A stretch of DNA of 60,690 nt, counting the filler, from Sphacelaria rigidula (Eukaryota): NCBI GenBank assembly GCA_964200075.2. It is 7 parts of 7 records of this genome, joined end to end, with 100 filler letters (N's around TTAATTAATTAA, not from the genome) between each part and the next. Parts side by side here need not be neighbours in the genome. Positions count along the whole stretch, not along the records: positions 1 to 8,585 come from CAXNAA020010693.1; positions 8,686 to 17,270 come from CAXNAA020010694.1; 5 more parts are not named here. One strand, written 5' to 3'. A model generated the notes under the pieces. The model saw only the letters and a program-made list of their open reading frames with translations. It was not told the origin of the DNA and did not search any database. Shown piece by piece: positions 1 to 10,260 of the stretch; within the stretch, counting starts at the first letter, position 1, and each line of letters opens with the position of its first letter. Both the position numbers and the translations under genes were made by a program.

Positions 1-778
1 CTTTTATCCCTGCCCACATTTGTTTCATGCTGCCATTGAAATCTTCATTTGTTTTCCTCACTACACCTTCCCAAACCTTTTTTTCGGGGGGGCGAGGGGG
101 TAATACGAGACTGCTTCTCACTGTATCCTCTGTCTGTACTAAACTACACTCGATCGGGAGTAAGCCTGAATATAAGTAGACTGGGGGCTCCTTTAAGGCA
201 GGTGATCAGGGATTGGTTGTGCTCGTGCCACCCTGTAATCTTCACAAAAACAGAATCGTACGTTGTAGTACCGTGTGCCGATAGAACGACGCACTTTGAT
301 CACATATATACGGTCGTAGCCACACCTCATCGCCTAGACCTTTTCGAAGCTTATTTGACTCCACCCAAACAGTCTATTGGGGGGGTGTATGCACGACACA
401 ATATTCGGAGTTCAATCCCCTTTTCCGCTATCTTCGTAGCCAGCCTAGTGCCATCTGTTCCCCCCTCTCCCCGCCCAGCCCCCCCAGCCTTCTTCCACCC
501 TTCCCGACCCCCTCATTTTGTGCCCAACCAAGCAAGCCCAGACACCTTTGGTATACTGATGAAACGACGCGCGTGTAGGTACGGAACCTCAAGTGAAGAA
601 GTAGCAGAACGCCTCGCCGTGCTTGTTTCGTTCCTGACCGCGCCCTTCTGTCTTGCTACGTCAGGGATTGCGCACTTTAGATATTTCTAGTCTCCCGATA
701 AAATCGTCGCACGGATCAGTAGTTCCTCTTCTTGTGGATGTACACGTGGCCCATAATCCATACGAGAGGCGGTATCAT

Positions 779-983
779 GCGTGAGAGAACCGCGTGCTTA
801 GGGGACCGCATCGGAGTGTAAATACCCCTGTGGCTATGGTTAGAATAAGGGTTAGGGTTAGTGTTGAAGGTAGGGTCAGGGGTGTGGTCCCTGCAGGGAC
901 TGGTCCGATTGGTTCTGAAAAACGTCGATCCTGAGGTGTTCTGAATTACGATGCGGTCCCCTAAGCACGCGGTCCTCTCGCGC
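779..983. mobile_element. MITE-like element with ~35-bp terminal inverted repeats and an internal GGTTAG-rich tract (family M1)
   Basis: GCGTGAGAGAACCGCGTGCTTAGGGGACCGCATCG at 779-813 is the near-perfect reverse complement of CGATGCGGTCCCCTAAGCACGCGGTCCTCTCGCGC at 949-983. A second copy lies at 23392-23596. Confidence 0.8.
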
Positions 984-1620
984 TTTATAGGCAGTGTAAT
1001 GTGCTCGTGAAGCTGATAATAGATATCGAGAACTGAGGGGGGCGCCCGCAGATTGACCAGAGAAACGGAGACGAGCTGCTCAGCGCGGTTGGCATCGGGA
1101 ACGAGCAGCGAGAAACCGTCGATGCGGCGCCAGTTGCCCTGTTCGGAGTCATGCTATGATAGGGGTTGCACGTTTGGATCCAGATCTTTCTCATCCAAGG
1201 GCTCCTAATCTCTAGAGCTATGCAGGAATACCGATCAAAACATTTCACTGTTCAAATCTATCACTCGGGGATTGAAATGGTGCTTATTCGAACGCTAATT
1301 GTGGCGTGCTCTCACGTATTTCATCAGTCGTTTCTCGAATGAGATGGAGGGCCCCCAACAACAATCATTCGAACCTTAGAAAACGGAAAACATGTGCACA
1401 CCTCTACCGCGGCACCCCTCTTCGGGCAAAGTCTGTCACGACCATCCATTTCCTGCACACACCTACACGCACACACGTGATCGATTGGAAATGCTAGTTT
1501 TCGAATGTCATGATCACAGTAAGTTAGCATAATAGATGGTGCGACGATCACCACCTCGGCAGCTTTTTGTTGTGCATTTCGAGTGAGTAGTACACAAAGT
1601 ATTATTTGCGAGTTATGGTA

Positions 1621-1858
1621 CGGTAGGGGTGCACAAATTTTTTCTGAGATTAGAGTTGTGAGGAGCCCTTCATCTCATCCAACACAAGACTTGTACAAAT
1701 ATGCGAGAGTACGCCTGGGCTACTATTATTCCAATGTGCTAGAAATATCTCGAATGAAGTTGCAAACGGGGATGTCGTGATCCATATTCTTGTGCATTTT
1801 GAATCGTCAGGAGCCCCTGAACCAGACAAGATTTTGCAAAAAAAGTGCACCCCTACCG
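1621..1858. mobile_element. Tc1/mariner-type MITE (238 bp, TA target duplication)
   Basis: TA|CGGTAGGGGTGCAC ... GTGCACCCCTACCG|TA: a perfect 14-bp TIR flanked by TA at 1619-1620 and 1859-1860. Confidence 0.8.
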
Positions 1859-3149
1859 TAGCATTGCTCAGTACAAGATATATTATTTGCGAAAATCTCC
1901 CTTCTCCCCGTTCTCCCCTCCCGTCACCTGACACATCCCCACCGATTGTGCTCGGTGTTGTGTACATATCCCTGGTGGCATGGAAGTGAGCCCTGGATGT
2001 TGTGTGCTAGTAGCGTCAGTGCGTCTTTCTGCGCATTTGAATTGTTCAATATCTGCTGTGCGGGCGGCGCAGGTACGTCATACCTCGGAGAAACCCAGCT
2101 GCTGCCACCAATACGACAAGAGTGAGCACAACCATAACCGCTGCTGCAACACATCATCGAGAAGGCGAGAAAAACCACGTGCCGACTCGGGTCTTGGCAG
2201 TGATGAAAATGGAAATTGTTGGCATCTGTGAAACACGCGGCAAACTATGATTTTCGTGGTGAAAAACCACGTTGAATTGGTTTCAAAGTTCCAAGAACTT
2301 ACTACTGTGGCGCGATGAATCACACATCGAGAAAAATGGATCAGGGGGAACGCGCGCCAAAAGAGCGATTGGACGGGGACGAATACAGGAGGATGATGCC
2401 AATCGCAGCGTCAAAAACCCTCTCTCGAGAGTGAAAAAAAACTCTTTCGAAAATCAGTACGTTTGCATGTTTCCGATAGACTTGGGTGCCGCGTGCGAAG
2501 CACAGTTTTGTAGACGTACCTACCTCACGAAGCCCGTCCTCCGCATTTTACGGGACGGGGCTCGTGTTGTAAGACCACATGATTTCTGCCGCGCATATCA
2601 CCGCAGGACGCTTTATATATTCCGACCCCGTCCTCTACCTATTGCCATGGGTGTGGGAAGCATGCACTTCAACAACGATCGGCCTCGGGCGCTACTGGCA
2701 GCCGTTAGGTGGTGCAGGGGTTGTGATGAGTGATCCTCTACGAGAGGATGGGTTGTTGGACAGAATGCGTACACCGATCGACACGCAGCACCGGGGTTGC
2801 CCACCTCGACGTGTTCTTACGTCGCCGAATCTTCGTAGGATTGCCGTCTGGTTTCGGCGCCGCTCGCAATCAATTGAGCCTCTCCCCAGGTATATGCCTA
2901 GTTGATGTAGAGGTGTGGTGTGCTGGCGACACTCGCTCGGGCACAGTACTTTGCGTTGTGTAGTGAATCTAAAATTGTTCCAAGAGGATGAGGGGAACGC
3001 GCTGAAATGATGGCTGGTGGGGACAAAAATAGGGACTGATGTCAATCGCACAGTCATCACTATTTGTCGAGAGGAGAACGGTACATAAATGATTAAAACA
3101 GCACGAACACGAACAACGGTTACAACAACAGTAAAAACAACAAGGAAAA

Positions 3150-6100
3150 TCAGTCCATGCGAGTGGCTACATCTCGCGTTTCCACTCCCTTCGACGTAAC
3201 AAGGTGCACCACCGCCCCGTACCCGCTCAAACAGTCCCTATCCAACGCGGCCAGAAGGCATCGCGATGCTGTTTCGAACAGTTCTTCTGGTTCCATTCCC
3301 TCCCGGAAAAACGCCTCACAAGTCCCATACAGCGACTGCTCAGACGTTCCCGCCACTACGAAATCATCCGTTTCGACTGGAGCACCAAGGATGTCCTACA
3401 GAGCGAGGAAACGGCAACGAACGGCGTCGGCAGGTAGGAGTCGGGGAGGGGAACTTATTGCATGATATTGCATGCCGTAATCATATGAACAGTGACCTCG
3501 CATCCCTATAAAGTTGAGACGTTGCACGCCGGGATTTCGCCGGAATAGGCTCGTAATCACCAAGCGTGAAGCGTCATGATGTATGCTGCGATTGGCTAGC
3601 AAGGGTAAGCTGCATCCTACCAAGATTGCCCGGCCCGAAGCGTATGGGGGGGGGTGCACTCATGATCATGCATGTCATAGTCATAAGACTATGTATGGGG
3701 GAGGGGGGGGGGGGGATGTACTCATGATCTTGCATGCCGTAGTCATATGACTGTTCGCCTCGCATCCCTACAAAGCCGGTACGGAACAGGCCGGGTTTGC
3801 GCCAGACCAGGCTCGCACTCAATCACCAAGCACGAGGCGCCGTGGTGTGTTCGACGGGTCGCATGAAGGATGAGCTGCATCCTGCTAAGATTACCGGCCC
3901 GAAGCGTACTGATTATCTTGCACATGGATGACAGGCTACAACGAGTTGCTTCATTTTCTGATATCACCACTTCCCGAGACAGCCACAGGTTACACAAGGT
4001 ATCTCACCATTCCGACACTACGTAGTACGACTATCCCCCTTACGCGGAGTTGAGGTTCTCCACCCCGCACAATATGATTTAGCTCGACCACCATCATGGT
4101 TACCGCAAGAAATCGAAAGCGAGAAAAAAAACGGCAACCTGGTTGCCTAGCTCACGTAGTGAGTGATATGTTTTGCAACGCCGTTGCCAACGCTTTAGAG
4201 GGGGCAGGGGGAGTATAAGGCGTGTTCATGGGTAAGCGCATGGTCACGCAAAAGGTGGTCACATGAGAAAAAGGGAAGGGGAAGTTCACTGTTGAGATGT
4301 ATACGAAGCTTGATAGTTGTGACCGAGGTGGAAAGCGAGTATCTGAAACCAGTGCCTGCCTGCAACATTGTGAGTGTATGGAATCCGCCGCTTTGAAGCG
4401 GTAAGCTCCGTGCTCCGTGGCACGGCACCACCGACACCTCGTGTTGGTCATGAGCTTACGTTAATCACGGCTTGACTATGGGTGATAATTCCCCGCAATG
4501 AGGCAGGTACAGCAATACGGCGAGGGATTCTGGCTCCGCATTATGCCACCTCGTCGCGAGTTCACAGCTGTAAATGCCAACGCAACGTGCACACGGACGG
4601 TACAGGCGGTGGTGCAGCCATCCAGATAGTCTGGCACACAGAGAAATACTTGGAATGCAGAAACGTTCCATTTTTCGATGCGGAATTCGGGATAAAATCA
4701 GAAAACTCAAATTAGGTTGGCAAATTGCTCAATTGACGCTGACGTTAACTCAATCGTTGCTGATGAGCTAAAATTCTTTCTCCAACACAAAAAAACACGC
4801 CCATCGAAACTAGTATAATTTACCTGTCCACATAGATACGGCCGTCCCCCCTCGCCCAATCCAGCCACGATCGGCTCGACGAAAAAAGGGCTCGACCGCC
4901 GAGCATAGAGCAATGTGGACAAGAGCCCAGCGAAAACCGCGGGCGAGAGTGACGTGCCTTCTTCCCCAAGCCCTTTGAGGGCCACCTCGAAAGACAAATC
5001 TTGCATCACGGTCATGACGTCTGTCCATAGCCCGGTGAAACCACACAACAATCGATTGTTGACCTGGCGAAGCGGCAAGAGGAAAAAGGTGAGGGTGGAA
5101 AAGCGGTGGCGTTTGATCACAATTCCTTGAAGGGGTCACACAAATTTCCGTCTCTGTGGTAGCATGCCGTAAAGTTACAGCGTTTTGTACTTCTCTCGAC
5201 AAAAATGAAGAAACGCAAGCCATTCACTTGAGTATGTTGTCTAAACCTTAAGCGGGCGGCGGCGAGGACCCTCGAGACGCCGAGCTGGACCCTGTGCGCC
5301 TTGTCCTGAAACGGGTGCGCATGAGGAGGGAGGGGGGGGGGGGGGCGTACTCATTTGTTGCTTGCCTCAGTCGTTTGACCATTGACCACGCATCCCTTTC
5401 GAGACGGAGCAACTACTCATGATCATGCGCCATAGTCACAAGACCATTGATCTCGCATCCCTAAAAAACCGGGACGGAGCACGGCGGGTTTTCGCCGGAC
5501 CAGCCTCGCAATCAATCACCAAGCGCGAAGCGCCGTGATGTGTTCGGTGAGTCGCATGAAGGGTGAGCTACATCCTAGGAAGATTTTCGGCTCGAAGCGT
5601 ACTGATTGTCTCGCATTTGGATGGCCGCCTACAATGAGTTGCTTTATTTTCTGGTATCGCCACTTCCACAGACAGCCACGTCTATACACTGCCTCATGGG
5701 TGTCTCACCATGTAAACACCACGTAGTACGATCATCCCCATCGTGCGGGGTTGAGGTTCTCCCACGCCGCACAGTATGATGATCTAGCTCGACTACCATC
5801 ATGGTTACCGAAAAAAAATGCAATCGCGCAAAAAAAACGGTGACCTGGTTGCCTAGCTTACGCAGGGAGTGGCGTGTTTTACAGCGTCATCGTCAATCGA
5901 CGTCAACCGCATAGGGGGTCCGCCTCTACAAAGCCGGGACGGAGCACGCCGAGTTCTCGCCGGACCAGGCTGGTGCGAAAGAGGGGTGGAGGGAGGCGAG
6001 ACTGAAACAATTGTCACGCGACCGGACTTACAGACGACAGCCGAAGAAGAAGCAGGACCAAGGGAAACGTCAGCACGGGCGGGAGGTACGTACTTCTTCG

Positions 6101-7445
6101 ACATCCTTGGTAAGGTACGTGCGGTATGTTTGTCTGAGATCATTTGACACCCGAGTACAGAGACGAATTTCCGAAAAACGAAATATCAAACCGACTCGGC
6201 GTTTGATACTCGGCGGTCAACAACTTCAATTGCTGGGAAACTGACCACAAGAAAAAGGGCGGCGGGATATGGGAAGGGGCTCATGTTCGCACGTAGACGG
6301 CAAGAATTTTTGGGCCACTCAATAGTTCACCGCCGCGCGAGTGAAGACCACTGGGGTACATTGATCTTGGTCAAACTGACGGTACCTTTTTGCTCAGTTA
6401 CCCATGCAACATCGACTGTATGAGGATGAGGATAGGCCTAAGACACGCTCACAGCATCGGCCATGAACCCGTGTCAAAAGCATAGATACAGTACATCAGA
6501 TCTGGGACCCCTTACCAAATCAACAATTTTCAGGGGGCATGTTAAGTAGGATGCATTTTGAGTGCAGAGACAGAAGACGAGGACATCAACCAGTTTCACG
6601 TGAGAGTTCACTCAGGGGTCAACACCTCGTGTTAGGCATTGGTGACAAAGATTTTGTACTCTTCTTCTTATTATTATTATTATTCTAAGAATGATTATTG
6701 AGGTACAGAGGAACTGTTTCGCTCATCGCGTTTTCAAAACCTGATCAATGACTTCGCCTTCACTCAGGAGAGGCTGGGTTGACCGAGGTTTATTTAGCTG
6801 CATGTACTCATATTATATCTCGCATCATGGGGGGGGGTGCAGGGATTCCTATCCTGACCACGATACCTTTGGTCTCCCTCACTAATTGTTGCTTTCAAGG
6901 TACTGTCACTTTCGAAATTTAAATTTATCGCAAAACCTAGATATACCGTGACTTGGTTTACCCTTTCGCGCCGGAGCGAGAGGTTAGAGTTAGCACATGG
7001 TACAAATGGAATCGCATGTAGGCGACTATAACCACCCACCAGATTGATTGTACTGTTGCTGTTGGATCGGGAAAAGGTAGGTGATATCTACAGTATAGTC
7101 ACACGCGCCCACCTTCAATACCCGCTTTGCATCCTGTGACACCAGCTGCCCTTCCAAACCGAATCTCCGATCCACAGCCAATGCCACGCAGCCTTTCCCA
7201 GCCATGGCCATGCACGAGCCTCCATTCAGTTCCATAGGATTAGATGAAGCCAGTGCAGGCGTCGGCGAGAAGGCAACAAGGACCGCAAGGATGACAGCGA
7301 GCAGCACAGCGGTGCCGCTGTTGCTCGTGGAGACGTGAAAACGGGAATACTTGCATAAACGTAGTCCATGCCGATGGTATGGGTAGGAGATGGTTTTATT
7401 GCAGCATGGACGTGAGTGATGATTGTATATCGAAGGCAGTTGCAT
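3150..7445 (-). CDS. PSMB3: 20S proteasome subunit beta type-3, divergent paralogue; exons complement(join(3150..3395,4824..5063,7113..7445)); conserved core starts at the ATG at 7235
   Basis: The spliced protein reads MELNGGSCMAMAGKGCVALAVDRRFG...CGFTGLWTDV...LLYARRSSPFFVEPIVAGL...DILGAPVETDDFVVAGTSEQSLYGTCE...LDRDCLSGYGAVVH...TRMD*. This matches beta-3 hallmarks (NGG-x-x-MAM-x-GK-x-CVA, DRDxxSGxG, C-terminal RMD). Both introns are phase-0 GT-AG. The core is 202 aa. The true start (7445 versus 7235) is uncertain. Confidence 0.93.
3445..4200 (+). repeat. Unclassified dispersed repeat family A: tandem partial copies inside the PSMB3 intron
   Basis: Copies at ~3455-3644, ~3656-3695 and ~3718-4200 share CATGATC(A/T)TGCATG(C/T)C(G/A)TAGTCAT..., and the longer two share CTCGCATCCCTA...CACCAAGC...GCTGCATCCT...GGCCCGAAGCGTA. 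Each begins after a G-run. Confidence 0.85.
5346..5970 (+). repeat. Family A, longest copy (~560 bp plus a short upstream partial copy), with an internal ~45-bp direct repeat
   Basis: Homologous to 3718-4200, 16056-16323 and, in reverse, 17445-17575, 34437-34639 and 60311-60690. AAA(A/G)CCGGGACGGAGCACG(G/C)CG...TCGCCGGACCAG occurs at ~5463-5503 and again at ~5927-5969. Confidence 0.88.
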
Positions 7446-8005
7446 GGTACATGCGATGCGATAGCATCAACGACACAGACCGTACTGAAAATGCTGTACG
7501 ATCACAGACGGTTGTCTCGTTGGATCTGTATTCTCTGTACTTCGCGCGCGTCGTTTTCTAAACTATATACACATCAATATCCTGCGCCATTTTCCATCAA
7601 TTCGGTTTTCCCATCTTTTGTCCTTTTGTGCGCGTGCACTCTTGATATATATGTAGTACGTTTAGGCGATAATTCTAGCTTCTAAATTCCACCGCGGGTA
7701 AACTAGTCGAATCTTTCTCCCGCCTTATGTTTCAGAGGATTGATTTCCACCTGGTAACCCCTATTGAGGGTGTAGCTGCGGGTCTGATAAATCAGACGAG
7801 TACACGTACTTTAAAATGCGGTTTTTCCTGGCGTTCAACTTGTCAAACGTGATGAGTGCATACCGTAAGATGCGTCTTGAGCAGAGTTGCCACAACTCGC
7901 AGCGCTGCGGCCCGACGACACGCATACCACAGGAAAATACAGCGATATAATTTGTGCCTGCGATACAATCACTGTTGGTTGCAAACAGTGGAGAGAGATA
8001 GAGAC
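7446..8005. promoter_or_regulatory. Putative bidirectional promoter / 5' UTR region between PSMB3 (-) and the CRAL-TRIO gene (+)
   Basis: Two genes start divergently about 560-770 bp apart on the same contig. No specific motif is assigned. Confidence 0.45.
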
Positions 8006-8379
8006 ATGGCAGCTACCGCCACTTCATTACAGCCGCCCTGGCGCAGCCATCCTGTAGTATCTGCATCATCAGCATCATCATCATTTGATGACAGTAGTGC
8101 AACAACAACAGCAGTTTCATCTCCTGTTCGAGCCACAACCAGCAGCACCAACATCAACGAGGCACAACAGCAACCGCGCAGTTCTACTGAAAGTAGTTTC
8201 GGTGAAGAGTTTTTCGCGGAGCCAGAGTGGCAGCGAGCGCCAGGGAGATGGAAAAAGTCCGAAGAGAAACTGCTGCGGGAAATGAAAGTGCTTTTGGCCG
8301 ACGATTTGCAACGTGCGAAATCTCAGGGCGTTGCGTTTCCGGAGGTGGTCGGCAGTCGCCGCATGCTGAGATTTCTTAG
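8006..8379 (+). CDS. First coding exon of a CRAL-TRIO/Sec14-like lipid-binding protein (gene runs off the contig)
   Basis: MAATATSLQPPW, then an S/T-rich low-complexity stretch, then EEKLLREMKVLLADDL...FPEVVGSRRMLRFLR, ending at an AG|GTATGC donor. The 'xLRFLR' helix is typical of the CRAL_TRIO_N domain. The start codon is uncertain because the frame is open from 7856. Confidence 0.65.
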
Positions 8380-8585
8380 GTATGCAACTTGTCTCGCGGA
8401 GGTGCTGCGTTGTTGTGCTGCTGTATGCGTACGTGTTGTTGTGTGTTGCTTCGGAATGGAGGCTCTGCGCTTCGCGCGTTATATGCCCGCCCCTGTTTTT
8501 TTTTTTTTCCATTTGTCTGGCTTCAAGTATGGTTTAACCGTTATCCTGCCGCAGACAAAACTGTCCTCTTGGCGGGCCAAAACGA

Positions 8586-8685
8586 NNNNNNNNNNNNNNN
8601 NNNNNNNNNNNNNNNNNNNNNNNNNNNNNTTAATTAATTAANNNNNNNNNNNNNNNNNNNNNNNNNNNNNNNNNNNNNNNNNNNN
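8586..8685. other. Artificial contig-joining spacer (44 N + TTAATTAATTAA + 44 N)
   Basis: Six-frame-stop linker centred in N padding, identical at six positions. Confidence 0.98.
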
Positions 8686-10149
8686 GCGCTGCCACCTATT
8701 TCCCTGTGGTGAAGAGGAACAAGAGTGCTTACCCGACTAACTTCTCTCGATTCTTCCACATACTAAACATAATGCGTTACGGGTTCACCTCCACAGATTA
8801 CTTCTTCCGAATAAGAGCTTGTCCTCGGTACTTCTGCTACAAACAGTTTGCAAGTCGGGTCGCCCACTTGAGCTCAGAGCCTCAATTCAGAGTTAAACCT
8901 CAATTCGCACAATTTGTTGTTTTATACACCATCAGCCCTTCAGCACCACATGGCTCTTGGTCCCTGCAACGGCTCAAATCCAAGGGCCCCCGTCAAGGCA
9001 TCCAGCGCAATGTCGACCGCACTCACGACGTCCACGCGCCGTCTTGATGAGCTTTACACGCTCTCACTCAAACCCCTGCTTCCAACGCGATGTTTTCTCT
9101 CCCTCCCAGTTTCGTTTTGGAAATATTCCTATCCTTCATTTGTGAAGGTACAGCGCACTGACACCACCACTCCCTTCAGCACCTTACCAAAGGAGCTACC
9201 TTCGAGCACCACCACCGGACCACGACCACAGCCTGCCTAGAGCACCTTCTCCGTCACTACCGGAGCCACCGCTTTCATTTCTTGCACCTGCATAGCTGGC
9301 GCCAGACCGTCTCAGATTTTTGGTCTGCTAATTTCCTGTTTTCTGTTTCCCTTTGGACGGAACCCACCATGCAATAGCTGCATTGGTTCGCCCTCTGGCA
9401 TTGAATCTGGTGTTCCCGGTGTAACCCTTCGTAGCCCTACATAGCCCTGCGTTGCCCGTATTCCCTGTTTTCCCCCCCACTTGCCTCGTGCTTCTTTCTA
9501 GCTAGCGCGTCATAGCATTGTGTGCTCTTCCGTTTTATCGCTAACCGCAGCAGTATTGTGTGCTCCTGCGCTTTTCAGCGCAATTGCGCAAGTGCGCCTC
9601 TTCGTAGCAGTTTTTGTTTTTCTTGTTTAAGGTGTGGGAGAATCGGGCGAAGGGCTGGCCATCGCCCTTTTGAGAACTGTGTCTATGTTGTCTTTGTTTT
9701 CGGGTCGTCTTTCTTCCGCTCATGACTTCACGAGTGAAGATAAGCCTCCATTTTCCTTGCTTTGGTATTTTCATTTTCATCGCAACTGTATTGGAGGCTC
9801 GTCTGGATGGGCTAGTGTCAAGAGATGAAGAGGCGTTTGCAGTACTTCCTTCCTCAGACTCGCAGGCCACGAGCATAGTGCAGATATAGGGTCTCCATGT
9901 GTAGATACACGGGACCTTGGAGAGGTTCCGCGGGGCAGACACGCTTTGGGGCGGGTGCAGACCACATTGATGTTCCCCAAATCCCGAGGTGCTACACGCC
10001 TCCGAAAGTAAACGGTCGGTTGAGGGAGAGATTTCGACCTTCCCTCCTCCACGTCTCCCACTCTCTCAGCTTGGACATTTACTCATCAGCCACTACATTG
10101 CCTCAGGTGAGATTGGCTTGGTACACGGCGTTAGCCTAGCCAACTCCGT

Positions 10150-10260
10150 TACACAGTGCTGTCTTTATGAGGCGCTTCATGCTGTGTGAAACCACTCATC
10201 TTGCGCTGTGTGGCGATGCTCCTTGTCACAGATTTGGGGCCGGGTTGGGATGCGGTTCCC
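10150..10260 (-). repeat. Decayed coding remnant homologous to 19230-19330 (possible tyrosine-recombinase box I)
   Basis: The minus-strand peptide QPGPKSVTRSIATQRKMSGFTQHEAPHK aligns with plus-strand QPKSVPNKMAIQRLMLGFRPHEAPHM at 19240-19320. The DNA core GCATGAAGCGCCTCATA is identical. Confidence 0.5.

Noticed and set aside
49..690. 213-aa ORF
   Set aside because: Non-ATG start, no recognisable domain and a Pro-rich part that comes from C-rich low-complexity DNA.
8630..8641. Regularly spaced TTAATTAATTAA palindromes as a biological periodic motif
   Set aside because: Always centred in 44+44 N padding; this is a synthetic six-frame stop linker.
9522..9725. CLRCGRIGRRAGH...C as a gag zinc knuckle
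   Set aside because: Spacing does not fit CX2CX4HX4C and no flanking gag/pol motifs were found.
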